DNA of 64,000 nucleotides from an uncultured delta proteobacterium (lineage in GTDB: Bacteria; Desulfobacterota; Syntrophia; Syntrophales; UBA2185): positions 256,001-320,000 of the forward strand of contig CAVSPA010000004.1 of assembly GCA_963729715.1 (NCBI GenBank). The letters are read 5' to 3'. This document shows positions 21,006 to 31,657 of this stretch, piece by piece (within the stretch, counting starts at the first letter, position 1; every line of letters starts with the position of its first letter). The notes beneath the pieces are model-generated. The model searched no databases. It worked only from the letters and a program-made list of their open reading frames with translations, and was not told where the DNA came from. The translations under genes were made by a program, and so were the position numbers.

Positions 21006-22865
21006 ATGAGCAAGAAATTACGAGTATTAATCCTTGAAGATGTCCCTACGGATGCGGAGTTGATGATAGAGGAGCTCGCGGATGCAGGCATGACGTTTGT
21101 TTCGAAGCGTGTCGTCACGAAGGCGTCCTTTGTCAATGCGATTGCTGATTTTTACCCGGACATTATTCTTTCCGATTATTCTCTGCCCTCATTTGACGGT
21201 CTTGCGGCCTTGAAGATCGCGAGGGAGAGATGTCCAGATGTGCCTTTTGTTTTTGTTTCGGGAGCGCTGGGCGAGGAGATGGCGATTGACCTTCTCAAGA
21301 AGGGTGCTACGGACTATGTTCTGAAGAACAGGTTATCGCGTTTGGAGCCGGCGGTATCGCGCGCGTTGCATGAGGTTGAGGAACGGCGCGAGCGAGAGCG
21401 TGCGGAGCATGCGCTGAAGGAATCGGAGGTCAGGTACCGGACGATATTTGAGAACACGGGGACGGCGACGGTGATCGTTGATGAAGATGCGACTATAGTT
21501 TTGGCGAACAGGCAGTTTGAGAGGTTGACGGGTTTTTCCCGGTCGGAGATCGAGGGGAAGAAGAAGTGGACGGAATTCGTGCTTGAGGATGATCTTCCGA
21601 AGTTGAAGCTCCTCTCGCGCGCGGTGGGCAAGCATTCCCGGACGCCCTCTGACGGCTGTGAATTCCGGATTGCTGACAGTAGCGGTGATATCCTCTATGT
21701 CCTGGCGAATGTGGCGATTATACCTTCTACAAAGAGAACCGTTATGTCTCTTCTTGACATTTCGAAGCTCAAGAAAGCCGAACGCGAGAGACGTGAAGCA
21801 TCGCTCTATGCCCGAAGTCTGATCGAGGCGGGCATTGATCCACTGATTACTATTAACGCTGATGGGAAGATCATGGATGTAAACAGTGCGGCTGAGGCTA
21901 CGACTGGTGTACCGCGCTTCGATCTTATCGGCAGCGACTTTGCGGATTATTTTACCGAGCCCGAAAAGGCTCAAGAAGTTTATCACGAGGTCTTCTCAAA
22001 GGGCGTTGTCCGCGATTACAGATTAGCGGTCCGGCATGTTTCCGGACGAGTGACGGAAGTACTTTACAACGCATCATTGTACCGTAGTGAGTCGGGAGAT
22101 ATACAGGGTGTGTTAGCTGTCGCGCGCGATATCACGGAGCGCGTGGAAGCTGAAAAAAAGATCTTGGCCAGCAATGAAATGTTGAGATCGCTGACCACTG
22201 AACTCGTGATGACGGAGGAGCGCGAACGGAGGCGCATCGCTGTCGATCTCCATGACAATATCGGGCAAACGCTGGCCCTTACAAAGATTAAAGTTGACTC
22301 TGTCATGGGTCAGACATCGACGGACGCACTAAGAAAACCGCTGACGGAGATCGGGGATATGATCGATGAGTCCATTCAGCAAACCAGATCTCTTATGACA
22401 GACCTGAGCCCACCGGTCCTCTATGAATTGGGTCTGACCGCTGCCATCCAGTGGCTTTGCGAACAAATCCAGGCCCAACACAATCTCCAGATACTCCTCA
22501 TGAATGATTTTAAAATCCAGAAAGTGGAAGAAGAAATACAGCTCTTGCTGTTCAGAGCGACGAAGGAACTGCTCACGAATATTGTCAAACATGCCGGAGC
22601 AAAACAAGCTCATGTGATGATTCAGAATCTCGGTAATAGGATCCGGATAACCGTCACAGATGACGGGATCGGCTTTGATGTCTCAGGGATCGGACAGGTG
22701 GCCAAACGTTCCGGAGGTTTTGGCCTGCTCAGCATTCACGAAAGGCTTAAATATCTCGGAGGTCTTTTTGAAATTGAGACGAAAAAGGGAATCGGTACCC
22801 GCATTTCACTCGTGGCGCCGCGAAGAAGGAAAAATAGAAAAGGGGGAATAAGACATGAGCATTAG
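21006..22865 (+). CDS. Cytoplasmic sensor histidine kinase, REC-PAS-PAS-HisKA_3-HATPase
   Basis: N-terminal receiver (ED..SDYSLP..K), two PAS domains, EERERRRIAVDLHD, NIVKHA, DDGIGF; no TM helix. Confidence 0.92.
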   Translation: MSKKLRVLILEDVPTDAELMIEELADAGMTFVSKRVVTKASFVNAIADFYPDIILSDYSLPSFDGLAALKIARERCPDVPFVFVSGALGEEMAIDLLKKGATDYVLKNRLSRLEPAVSRALHEVEERRERERAEHALKESEVRYRTIFENTGTATVIVDEDATIVLANRQFERLTGFSRSEIEGKKKWTEFVLEDDLPKLKLLSRAVGKHSRTPSDGCEFRIADSSGDILYVLANVAIIPSTKRTVMSLLDISKLKKAERERREASLYARSLIEAGIDPLITINADGKIMDVNSAAEATTGVPRFDLIGSDFADYFTEPEKAQEVYHEVFSKGVVRDYRLAVRHVSGRVTEVLYNASLYRSESGDIQGVLAVARDITERVEAEKKILASNEMLRSLTTELVMTEERERRRIAVDLHDNIGQTLALTKIKVDSVMGQTSTDALRKPLTEIGDMIDESIQQTRSLMTDLSPPVLYELGLTAAIQWLCEQIQAQHNLQILLMNDFKIQKVEEEIQLLLFRATKELLTNIVKHAGAKQAHVMIQNLGNRIRITVTDDGIGFDVSGIGQVAKRSGGFGLLSIHERLKYLGGLFEIETKKGIGTRISLVAPRRRKNRKGGIRHEH

Positions 22866-23508
22866 GGTTCTTCTTGCCGATGATCACAAAATTTTTCGAG
22901 ACGGCCTGCGCACTTTGATCGAAAAGGAAGACGGGATGGAGGTTATTGCTGAAGCGGAAAACGGCAGAAAAACAGTCAAGATTGCGGAGAAGCTGGCGCC
23001 CAACGTGGTTATCATGGACGTCACCATGCCTGACATGAATGGCATAGAGGCCACAAGAAAGATCGTAGCCTCCGCATCAAACACAAAAGTGATTGCCTTG
23101 TCGATGCATTCGGACCGCCGTTTCGTTATCGGCATGCTGGAAGCCGGTGCATCTGGCTACCTCTTGAAGGATTGTGCTTTTGGCGAGCTTGCCGGCGCAA
23201 TTCGGCAGGTCAGCTCAGGAAACACTTATCTGAGTCCGAGGATTGCGGATGTTGTTGTGAAAGCGTATCTGAACAAAGCGCCTAATTCTTCCTTGATAAC
23301 ACGAACGGTACTTACTTCACGGGAGAGAGAGATTCTGCAATTGCTTGCTGAGGGCCTCTCAGCCAAAGAGATTGCTGCACATTTGAATTTGAGCATCAAG
23401 ACTGTCGAGACGCATAGGCGTAATATCATGGAGAAACTCAATATTCACACCATCGCCGAGCTGACTAAATACGCTATTCGTGAAGGACTGGTTGCCCTCG
23501 AAACCTAG
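22855..23508 (+). CDS. NarL/FixJ-family response regulator
   Basis: LADDH receiver, LTSREREILQL..KTVETHR LuxR-type HTH; overlaps the kinase gene. Confidence 0.95.
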   Translation: MSIRVLLADDHKIFRDGLRTLIEKEDGMEVIAEAENGRKTVKIAEKLAPNVVIMDVTMPDMNGIEATRKIVASASNTKVIALSMHSDRRFVIGMLEAGASGYLLKDCAFGELAGAIRQVSSGNTYLSPRIADVVVKAYLNKAPNSSLITRTVLTSREREILQLLAEGLSAKEIAAHLNLSIKTVETHRRNIMEKLNIHTIAELTKYAIREGLVALET

Positions 23509-23734
23509 CCGAGTTCACCGGGCTGTGTATACGCCTGAAGCCGCTGCAAGGTTCGGTATAAGGACAGTTGTTGTTTGCGCTAAGTGTTCTGCAAAAATCT
23601 CATATATTTGCCCGCCTATTTCCCTTGAGCGGTGTTCTTTGTCCCCTCCCTGAATTTGATACACAGAAAAAACCCTTGCAAATCAAGCCGCGATGTTTTA
23701 GTAAACGGCCACATTTCTATATAGGAGATCAAAT

Positions 23735-23932
23735 ATGTCGAGAATTTGTGAGGTATGTGGGAAAAAGCCCGTTGTCGGTCACAACGTAAGCCATGCCAAT
23801 AATAAGACGAAAAGGACGTGGTATCCGAACCTTCAGAAACTCCGCTGTGTGGACAAGAAAACGGGTGCAATAAAGCGTACAAAAGTTTGTGCGAGATGTA
23901 TTCGTTCCGGTTTCGTGAAAAAAGCCCTGTAG
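23735..23932 (+). CDS. rpmB: 50S ribosomal protein L28
   Basis: [27 protein letters not shown], two CxxC; SD AGGAG. Confidence 0.98.
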   Translation: MSRICEVCGKKPVVGHNVSHANNKTKRTWYPNLQKLRCVDKKTGAIKRTKVCARCIRSGFVKKAL

Positions 23933-24283
23933 CGGATGTGTTAAACTTGACGGCTCTCGTCGCCGAAAATATCGGGTACAGAAAACCTATTTAATCTTTT
24001 ACGGGAGCCTTTCTCTGACGTATCTGTCAATCTCTCTTTTGACTTTCGACAACAAACGTTTTTTGTCCAGAATCCACGCCGCCTTGCACACGGCGTGCTT
24101 CGAAATCCTTCCCTAAAAGGTCTCAAGTTAATTAGCGTCGTCAGGTTTGGGGCTGAATACGATTGCTTCGACGCCGTGATCTTGTCAGGGATTATTCTTT
24201 CCTTGACATAGTGACCTATATTGATATGATCTAAAAAATTATTTTAATACATGTAACAGAATGGATGTGCGACTGCAATCGTT

Positions 24284-26023
24284 ATGAAGGCAGCAACTTT
24301 ACCTACTACACAGTGGCGGCTATCGGAAGGCGATAGGGACATACAGGATATGCTGGCCAAGGAATTGCGGATTCACCGCATCGTCTCTCGAATATTAACG
24401 AGCCGCCGGATACTGACGCCCGACGACGCCAACAGATACCTCTATCCTTCCTTGAATAATCTGCATAATCCTCTCTTAATGAAGGACATGCAAAGGGGCG
24501 TTCAGCGGTTGATCCGGGCGATCAACGATCGCGAGAAGGTGGTTGTTTACGGCGACTACGATGCCGACGGCGTAACGTCAGTGGCTGTGCTCGTTAAATT
24601 CCTCCTTGATATCAATCATACGGTTACATATTACATCCCTGATCGTATTAAGGAAGGATACGGTTTAAACCGACCTGCAATTGACAGGATGACAGCGGAC
24701 GGAGCCACGCTGCTTATTACCGTCGATTGCGGCATGTCGGATCATGAGCAGATATCCTATGCACGCTCCTGTGGTATAGACACTATTGTATTGGATCACC
24801 ATGAAGTTCCCCAGAATCTCCCCCACGCCGTGGCAATAATCAATCAGAATCGTAAGGACTGCAATTTCCCCTTCAAGGGTCTTGCTGCTGTCGGCATAGT
24901 TTTTAATTTTCTCATTGCTCTCAGAGGAGGACTACGGAAAGACGGCTTTTGGGAAAACAAGAAATGTCCGAATCTGCGGGAATACCTCGACCTTGTGGCC
25001 CTGGGAACCATCGGCGATATCTGTCCCCTTGTGGACGAGAACAGGATATTTGCAAAAATCGGTCTCGACTTGATCACGGACTGCAAGAGGGTGGGGTTGC
25101 GGGCCTTAAAAGAAATTTGCGGCGTAGAAAATCAGGTCATAGACTCCGGCAAGGCTTCCTTCTGCCTGATTCCGAGGATTAATGCCGCGGGCCGCGTTGC
25201 ATCTGCAAATGACGCTGTCCGGCTTCTCTTGACCGAAAACATCGAGGAGGCGAGGTTAATCGCTCAGGATCTTGAGATCTACAACCGGAAGCGGCAGGCC
25301 ATGGAAAAGAATATACTAAACGAAATACTTGACGAAATTGAGCGTACGATAGATCCGGAAAAAGTCAGATCGCTTGTGTTTGCGTCAGAGAAGTGGCATC
25401 CGGGAGTCATTGGCATAGTGGCTTCAAAACTTGTGGACCGGTATTACAGACCCACTATCTTGATAAGTCTCAAAGACGGCATCGGCAAGGGTTCCGGAAG
25501 AAGTGTGGCCGATTTTAACATATATGAGGGCTTGAAAGAATGTGATTCTTTATTGTTGTCTTATGGAGGACACAGGTACGCGGCGGGGATATCTATAAGG
25601 GAAGAAGACATCAAAGAATTCTCCGGCATGCTCGAAGAGGTCATCGGCAAGGAGATTGACGTTTCTGATTTTGTTTCTCAAACCAACATTGATGCCATCT
25701 GCAGTCTCAGTGAAATAACCCACGAGCTCATATCGCAGATCGGGAGACTTGCTCCCTTCGGCAGCGGTAACCCTGAACCGGTCCTGTGTGTGAGAAATAT
25801 CAATGTCACCTCGCAGTCGGTGGTAGGCAATAACCACTTATGCATGCGTCTCACTGGTGACGGCATGTCATACAATTCCATCTGGTTCAACAAGGGTCAT
25901 TTTATCAATTTTCTTTCCGGGCCTGCGATCGATATCGCCTTCACGCCTCATATCAATAGCTGGAACGGTGTTTATGATATACAGCTCAAGATGAAAGATA
26001 TGTCAGTGCCCGCCAATCATTAA
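24284..26023 (+). CDS. recJ: ssDNA exonuclease RecJ
   Basis: GDYDADG, VDCG, DHH, PRINAAGR, GSGRS, GGH..AAG. Confidence 0.97.
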   Translation: MKAATLPTTQWRLSEGDRDIQDMLAKELRIHRIVSRILTSRRILTPDDANRYLYPSLNNLHNPLLMKDMQRGVQRLIRAINDREKVVVYGDYDADGVTSVAVLVKFLLDINHTVTYYIPDRIKEGYGLNRPAIDRMTADGATLLITVDCGMSDHEQISYARSCGIDTIVLDHHEVPQNLPHAVAIINQNRKDCNFPFKGLAAVGIVFNFLIALRGGLRKDGFWENKKCPNLREYLDLVALGTIGDICPLVDENRIFAKIGLDLITDCKRVGLRALKEICGVENQVIDSGKASFCLIPRINAAGRVASANDAVRLLLTENIEEARLIAQDLEIYNRKRQAMEKNILNEILDEIERTIDPEKVRSLVFASEKWHPGVIGIVASKLVDRYYRPTILISLKDGIGKGSGRSVADFNIYEGLKECDSLLLSYGGHRYAAGISIREEDIKEFSGMLEEVIGKEIDVSDFVSQTNIDAICSLSEITHELISQIGRLAPFGSGNPEPVLCVRNINVTSQSVVGNNHLCMRLTGDGMSYNSIWFNKGHFINFLSGPAIDIAFTPHINSWNGVYDIQLKMKDMSVPANH

Positions 26024-26078
26024 GAAGGCATACATCCCTTCATATTGATCCCTCCATTAAAAGGAAGTTCCTATCAAC

Positions 26079-26882
26079 CTATAGCCATCTTTTCCGACGG
26101 CGATATGACTTAACGTCGTTATATGATTTCAGAGTCCCTTCGGCACCCATGCCCAGGTAAAATTCTTTTATATCGGGATTCTCGACAAGATTCTTTGCAG
26201 CATCTTCCATCACTATCTTGCCGTTTTCCATTACATACCCGTAATCCGAAATTTGCAGGGCCATATTGGCGTTCTGCTCCACGAGGACAATGCTCGTCCC
26301 CTGTTCTGCGTTTATCTTTTTGATAATCTCGAATATCTCTTTGACGATCATGGGAGCAAGCCCGAGTGACGGTTCATCCAGGAGCAAGAGGGCGGGATGG
26401 GCCATCAACGCCCTTCCCATGACTATCATCTGGAGCTCTCCTCCGCTGCAGTACCCTGCGAGCATCTTTCTCCGTTTCACTATGCCGGGAAAATAGTTAT
26501 AAACCATTTCCAGATCCTTCTTATATGGCTTCCGCCAGCGGATAGCTGTCCCGACAATAAGATTTTCCTCCACAGTCAGATATTTGAAGGGCTGGCGTCC
26601 TTCGAGAACCTGAATTATTCCTTTACGCGTGATCACCTCCGGAGCGTGATTCTGGATAGGTTGTCCATCGTACGTTATTGTTCCATCCGTCACCTTGCCG
26701 TTCTCAGGCTTGAGCAATCCCGAGATGGCTTTCAGCGTCGTCGTCTTGCCTGCGCCGTTGCTCCCGATAAGCGACGTGATGGATTTTCTCTTAACGACGA
26801 GAGACACGCCCTTGAGTACCTGGATTACGTCCGAATAAACAACGGATATATTATTGATCTCAAGAATAGTACTGTCAGTCAT
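26079..26882 (-). CDS. ABC transporter ATPase (LivF-like)
   Basis: GSNGAGKTT, SGGELQ, LLLDEPSLGLAP, VEQN; start at MTDST. Confidence 0.93.
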   Translation of the reverse strand: MTDSTILEINNISVVYSDVIQVLKGVSLVVKRKSITSLIGSNGAGKTTTLKAISGLLKPENGKVTDGTITYDGQPIQNHAPEVITRKGIIQVLEGRQPFKYLTVEENLIVGTAIRWRKPYKKDLEMVYNYFPGIVKRRKMLAGYCSGGELQMIVMGRALMAHPALLLLDEPSLGLAPMIVKEIFEIIKKINAEQGTSIVLVEQNANMALQISDYGYVMENGKIVMEDAAKNLVENPDIKEFYLGMGAEGTLKSYNDVKSYRRRKRWL

Positions 26883-26893
26883 TTGAGAATGCC

Positions 26894-27964
26894 TCAATAG
26901 GCGAAAGGCCATAGTTTAAAGTTGGAACGAATGATGCGCCACACCTCAGCAAGGCCTCGCGGTTCGAAGAGAATAAAGAGAACTATGGATGTGCCAAAAA
27001 AGAATTCTCTTAGAGGAGCGATATTCAAACCGGATTCCGTGAGCACTCCTATGTTCATCATAACGCCCGTGAGCCACCGCAACAGTTCATTTAAAAATGT
27101 TATAAAGACTGCGCCGTATATGGAGCCTGAGATACTTCCCAAGCCTCCAATGATTACCATAGCTATGTATTCAACGGAAAGGCCCAGGGTGAACGGTTCA
27201 GACGTGATACTGACCATATAATAAGCCCATATGGCGCCGGCAAAACCGGCATAAAAAGAACTGATTCCAAAAGAAAGGAGCTTATATCTGAAGAGAGGAA
27301 TACCCATGCCTTCTGCGGCCCTGTCGTTATCGCGAATAGCGATGAAGGCCCTGCCATACTTCGTCCGTATGAGATTGACTGCGAACCATATCATGACCAT
27401 GAGGCAGCAGAATATCAGAAAAAAGAAACTACGATCACTCTCCAATTCGACTCCGAAAATATTCGGCCGCGGCAGGGTTATCCCCATAGTGCCCTTCGTA
27501 AGGGTTTCCCAGTGGACTAAGGCATATTCGATGATGATTTGGCCTGCGAGCGTTGCAATTGTGAGATAGAGGCCCTTGAGGCGACCCGAAGGAATGCCGA
27601 ATATCATGCCTACCATAGCCGAGACCAAGCCCGCCACGGGCAGGGTAATGAGAAAGGGCATGTTTACCGACGTGGCCAGTATCGCGGCGGCGTAAGCCCC
27701 GACTCCTATGAAAGCCCCGTGGCCGAGAGATATCTGTCCCGCATATCCGATGAGGATATTCAGCCCTATCGCCGCGATGGACGCTATCCCCACCATGTTC
27801 AGAACATGGAGAAAGTACGGACTGACAATATAGGGCAAAACAACAAAGAGGAAGAACATGCCTATCCCCGTCCACAGCCTGCCAAAGTCTGTTTCAAAGA
27901 TGGTAATTTCCTGTTCATATCGCTCTTTATAATTGCCGCAAGTGTGGAAGTTCATTTTTTTCAT
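26894..27964 (-). CDS. ABC transporter permease (LivM-like)
   Basis: GYAGQISLGH, GLYLTIATL, GRAFIAIRDN, IIGGLGS. Confidence 0.93.
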   Translation of the reverse strand: MKKMNFHTCGNYKERYEQEITIFETDFGRLWTGIGMFFLFVVLPYIVSPYFLHVLNMVGIASIAAIGLNILIGYAGQISLGHGAFIGVGAYAAAILATSVNMPFLITLPVAGLVSAMVGMIFGIPSGRLKGLYLTIATLAGQIIIEYALVHWETLTKGTMGITLPRPNIFGVELESDRSFFFLIFCCLMVMIWFAVNLIRTKYGRAFIAIRDNDRAAEGMGIPLFRYKLLSFGISSFYAGFAGAIWAYYMVSITSEPFTLGLSVEYIAMVIIGGLGSISGSIYGAVFITFLNELLRWLTGVMMNIGVLTESGLNIAPLREFFFGTSIVLFILFEPRGLAEVWRIIRSNFKLWPFAY

Positions 27965-27971
27965 TGCCGCC

Positions 27972-28850
27972 TCACACCCTTTCAATTTCTGCGAGACCGA
28001 AAAGGCCATACGGCTTCACCATAAGTATGACCACGAGGATCACGTACGGCACAACGTCGCTTAGCGATGGTGAAATGTAGCCGCCGGTGAAGGTTTCCAG
28101 AAGTCCAATGATAATACCCCCGATGATAGCCCCGCCGATGCTGTCCAATCCGCCGAGAATGACGACGGGGAACACTTTCAGGCCGATGGCGCTGAGGTCA
28201 TGGACGTTAATGCCGTTTATGATGCCCAGAACTATGCCGCTCATACCGGCCACAAGCGCGGCAATGGCCCAGGATAAAGCAAACACCCTTTGCACATGTA
28301 CACCCAGCGAAAGGGCCGCCTTTTGATTGTCGGCGACGGACCTCATGAATATTCCCTGCGATGAGTACTTAAAAAATAATCCGAAGAGAATGAGAAACAT
28401 TATCCCGATTATGAGGGCAGCCGTATAGACAGGCGGTATGTTAATCACGTGCCACTCTATACCGAGGAATTCGGGCAGAAAATCGGGATAGGTCTGCAGA
28501 TTGCCTCCCCAAAAGAGAAGCATGAGGCCTTTAAACATCGACGCCAGTCCCACTGTCAGCATTATTACGTAGATCAGGGGTTCGCCGATAAGGGGACGCA
28601 GGAAGAAGCGCTCTATGATGAATCCGAGGATAAAGCATGCGGCAAGGGTTACCAGGAAAGCGACAACTACCGGCAATTTCACCCATGTTACCATGGCGAG
28701 AAAGAAGAAAGCTCCGAAAGCAAGCAATTCGCCGTGGGCAAAATTGAGGACGCTTGAGGATTTGAATATCATAACAAAACCCATGGCAGACAGGCCATAT
28801 AGGAATCCTATACTTATGCCGTTTATGAAGAGTTGAAGAAAAAAATTCAT
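27972..28850 (-). CDS. ABC transporter permease (LivH-like)
   Basis: LNFAHGE, RSVADN..AALSLG, ILGGLDS, KPYGLFG. Confidence 0.93.
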   Translation of the reverse strand: MNFFLQLFINGISIGFLYGLSAMGFVMIFKSSSVLNFAHGELLAFGAFFFLAMVTWVKLPVVVAFLVTLAACFILGFIIERFFLRPLIGEPLIYVIMLTVGLASMFKGLMLLFWGGNLQTYPDFLPEFLGIEWHVINIPPVYTAALIIGIMFLILFGLFFKYSSQGIFMRSVADNQKAALSLGVHVQRVFALSWAIAALVAGMSGIVLGIINGINVHDLSAIGLKVFPVVILGGLDSIGGAIIGGIIIGLLETFTGGYISPSLSDVVPYVILVVILMVKPYGLFGLAEIERV

Positions 28851-28860
28851 ACACTATCCC

Positions 28861-30810
28861 TCAGTTGAGATTAATAACTCTGACCCGCGTTTCAATTTCA
28901 CCAACCTGACCGTCCCGATACTGGATTTTTGTTTTGACATCAACCTCATCCCTGCCCGCATACATGGCCTCAATAAGCTGGAGATACAGGCCATAAATGA
29001 ATCTCCTTCGAACTTTTCCCGTTCTCGTCAGCTCTTCATCATCGGCGTCGAGGAGCTTATAGAGCAATATGAACTTGCGAACCTTCATGAGGTCCGGCAG
29101 GTTGCTATTCACCTTTCTCACCTCGTTAAGTATCAGTTCCTCAACCGCTGTCTGTTGCGAGAGGTCTATATATGTTGTGTATGGAATCATGCGCTCCTCA
29201 GCCCAATTCCCGACATTACCCATGTCTATATTGATGAGTGCAGTGATGTAAGGGCGCCCCTCGCCGAACATCACCGCTTCCTTGATATACGGACTGAACT
29301 TGAGACGCGTCTCTATGAAGTCCGGTGAAAACGCCGCCCCTTCCTTATTCTTTATAATGTCTCCTTTACGGCCGATGATCACAAGATGACCCTCTTTGTC
29401 TATGTAACCGGCGTCGCCGGTTCTGAGCCAGCCGCTGCTAAAGGCCTCTTCCGTAGCTTTAAAATCGTTATGGTAGCCGACAAAGTTTGAATCGCTCTGT
29501 ACAAGCACCTCCTGATCATCTGCAATCTTAACCAGGGTTCTCGGCAAGGGTTTCCCCACAGACTCGAGCTTGATTTCGCAATCGGGCTGGACCTGGAATA
29601 TCCCCCCTGCCTCGGTCAGGCCGTAACACTGCTTGAGATTCAAGCCGATTGCACGGAAAAAATGGATCACATCGGGACTGATGGGATGACCGCCCGTGAA
29701 GGCGCTCTTGAAACCTGCACATCCGACTCTATCAAGCAACGGCCGGTATATTCCCAATGCTGCGATACGAAGAAGAAAATTTAGATGACCGGGAACCGCC
29801 TCTCCTTTCGATTGCAGCTCGACAGCCTTCTTTCCGATTTCCACCGACATAGAGAAAAGCTTACGCCTGAGAAATCCGGCATCGTCCATTTTCACCATAA
29901 TGCGCGAAGCGAGATCTTCCCAGAATCGGGACGATGTGATGATGATCGAGGGGCCTATCTCGCGAAAGTCTTCGTCTATCGTCTCCGGCATTTCCGGGAA
30001 ATTTACTGCCATGCCCCCCAGGAGTGCCACTCCGACCCCGCACATCTGGTCAACAATCCAGGCTGGCGGAGATATTGAGATCCAGTTGTCGCCGGAAGTG
30101 ATGGGTAAGGATTCTATCCAATTCCTTGCCATTTCTATGATATTGCGATGCGACAGCATGGCGAGTTTGGAAATGCCCGTGGTGCCGGACGTCTGAATCA
30201 TAATTGCTACATTATCGCGTCTGCCCTTCTGCAATTCCCTGAGGAATAGATCCGGATTTTCACAGTCAATCTTTTCGCCCATCTCCAATAGATCGGAAAA
30301 ACTCACAAGCCATGGATTATCCCTGTATGCTCTCATACCCGTGGGATCTATGTAGATGACTCGGCGAACGTGAGACAGTCGTTCACGCGTCTCAATCAGC
30401 TTATCGACCTGTTCCTGGTTTTCCGCGATAACGTAAGCCGCCTTAATGCGGCTGAGGGCATGACATAATTCTTCGGGCACGGAAGAGGTAAATAGATTAA
30501 GCGACACCCCACCGACGGACTGGCAACCGATTTCAGAAAAGAGCCATTCCGGGATATTGTTCGTGACTATGCCGATGTTTTCCCCTCTTTTCAGCCCGAT
30601 GTTGTTCAAGCCGAGGCCTGTGTGTTTCATATAGCGGTAGTAATCGAGCCAGCTATAGGTCTGCCAAATGCCGTACGCCTTTTCTCGAATAGCCGTCGCT
30701 TTGGAGCCAAGCCGCTCCGCTTGTCTCATCAGAATCCGTGGCAGCGTATACGGGGTTACGGTTGCCCACTCTGTATCTTCCGCCTGCTTTCTATTTACCA
30801 CCGCACACAC
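28861..30810 (-). CDS. AMP-forming acyl-CoA ligase (long-chain-type family) embedded in the ABC operon
   Basis: TSGTTG..K P-loop, YGLTE, RTGDAG, IIGRK, TRTGKVRR. Confidence 0.9.
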   Translation of the reverse strand: MCAVVNRKQAEDTEWATVTPYTLPRILMRQAERLGSKATAIREKAYGIWQTYSWLDYYRYMKHTGLGLNNIGLKRGENIGIVTNNIPEWLFSEIGCQSVGGVSLNLFTSSVPEELCHALSRIKAAYVIAENQEQVDKLIETRERLSHVRRVIYIDPTGMRAYRDNPWLVSFSDLLEMGEKIDCENPDLFLRELQKGRRDNVAIMIQTSGTTGISKLAMLSHRNIIEMARNWIESLPITSGDNWISISPPAWIVDQMCGVGVALLGGMAVNFPEMPETIDEDFREIGPSIIITSSRFWEDLASRIMVKMDDAGFLRRKLFSMSVEIGKKAVELQSKGEAVPGHLNFLLRIAALGIYRPLLDRVGCAGFKSAFTGGHPISPDVIHFFRAIGLNLKQCYGLTEAGGIFQVQPDCEIKLESVGKPLPRTLVKIADDQEVLVQSDSNFVGYHNDFKATEEAFSSGWLRTGDAGYIDKEGHLVIIGRKGDIIKNKEGAAFSPDFIETRLKFSPYIKEAVMFGEGRPYITALINIDMGNVGNWAEERMIPYTTYIDLSQQTAVEELILNEVRKVNSNLPDLMKVRKFILLYKLLDADDEELTRTGKVRRRFIYGLYLQLIEAMYAGRDEVDVKTKIQYRDGQVGEIETRVRVINLN

Positions 30811-30816
30811 CTTCTT

Positions 30817-31644
30817 CTATGCACTCGCAGAATCGCCGAGATATGCCTTGATGACTTCCGGATGTTTACGAATCTCATGCGGGTCCCCCTCGGCAAGCTT
30901 CTCCCCGAAGTTCAAGACCACAATCCGCTCGGAGATGCTCATGACTACGGACATATCATGTTCCACGAGAACCATCGTTTGGCCCCATGCGCGGTTCATC
31001 TCTGTCAGGAAGCGCACCATGTCTTCCTTTTCTTCGAGGTTCATTCCCGCGAATGGTTCATCCAATATCAATAGTGCGGGTTCCAAGGCCAGTGCCCGAC
31101 CGAGTTCGACTCTCTTCATCAAACCGTAGGGCAATGACCCCACCCTCTTCTTTCTGATGGCCTGGATCTCGAGGAAATCTACCAGCTCTTCGATGACACG
31201 TCGTTGATGGACCTCTTCCTTCCGTACGGATGGTGAAAAAATACTGGCGCCCGCAATTCCATACTTACAGTGATTGTGGCGCGCAAGAAGCATATTCGAT
31301 AGAACAGTCATGCCCGGAAAGAGCTCGATGTTTTGAAAGGTCCTGCCAATTCCTATGCGGACAAGATGATGAGGGGAAAGATTTGTTATGTCCTTCCCGT
31401 TAAATACGATGCGGCCCTCTTGCGGCCTGTAAAAGCCGGTCATGCAATTCAACAGGCTCGTCTTTCCGGCGCCATTCGGCCCGATAACGGCCACCAACTC
31501 TCCCGTACGCACGGACATATCAACGTCATTGAGCGCCTTGACGCCGCCGAAGCTTAAGGAAAGGTTTCTTACCTCAAGCTCTGCAGCCTTCTCAACCGGA
31601 CTTCTTGATGCGAATATAGCAGGTTTTCCTCGATATGCTTTCAT
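30817..31644 (-). CDS. ABC transporter ATPase (LivG-like)
   Basis: GPNGAGKT, RTFQN, LPYG..KRVELGRAL, VEHDM. Confidence 0.93.
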   Translation of the reverse strand: MKAYRGKPAIFASRSPVEKAAELEVRNLSLSFGGVKALNDVDMSVRTGELVAVIGPNGAGKTSLLNCMTGFYRPQEGRIVFNGKDITNLSPHHLVRIGIGRTFQNIELFPGMTVLSNMLLARHNHCKYGIAGASIFSPSVRKEEVHQRRVIEELVDFLEIQAIRKKRVGSLPYGLMKRVELGRALALEPALLILDEPFAGMNLEEKEDMVRFLTEMNRAWGQTMVLVEHDMSVVMSISERIVVLNFGEKLAEGDPHEIRKHPEVIKAYLGDSASA

Positions 31645-31657
31645 AAATCCAAAGTTG

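Noticed and set aside
23933..24283. 350-bp gap after rpmB with a 61-aa minus-strand ORF; considered as ncRNA or small gene
   Set aside because: No 6S, tmRNA, RNase P or tRNA hallmarks recognised and no convincing protein motif.
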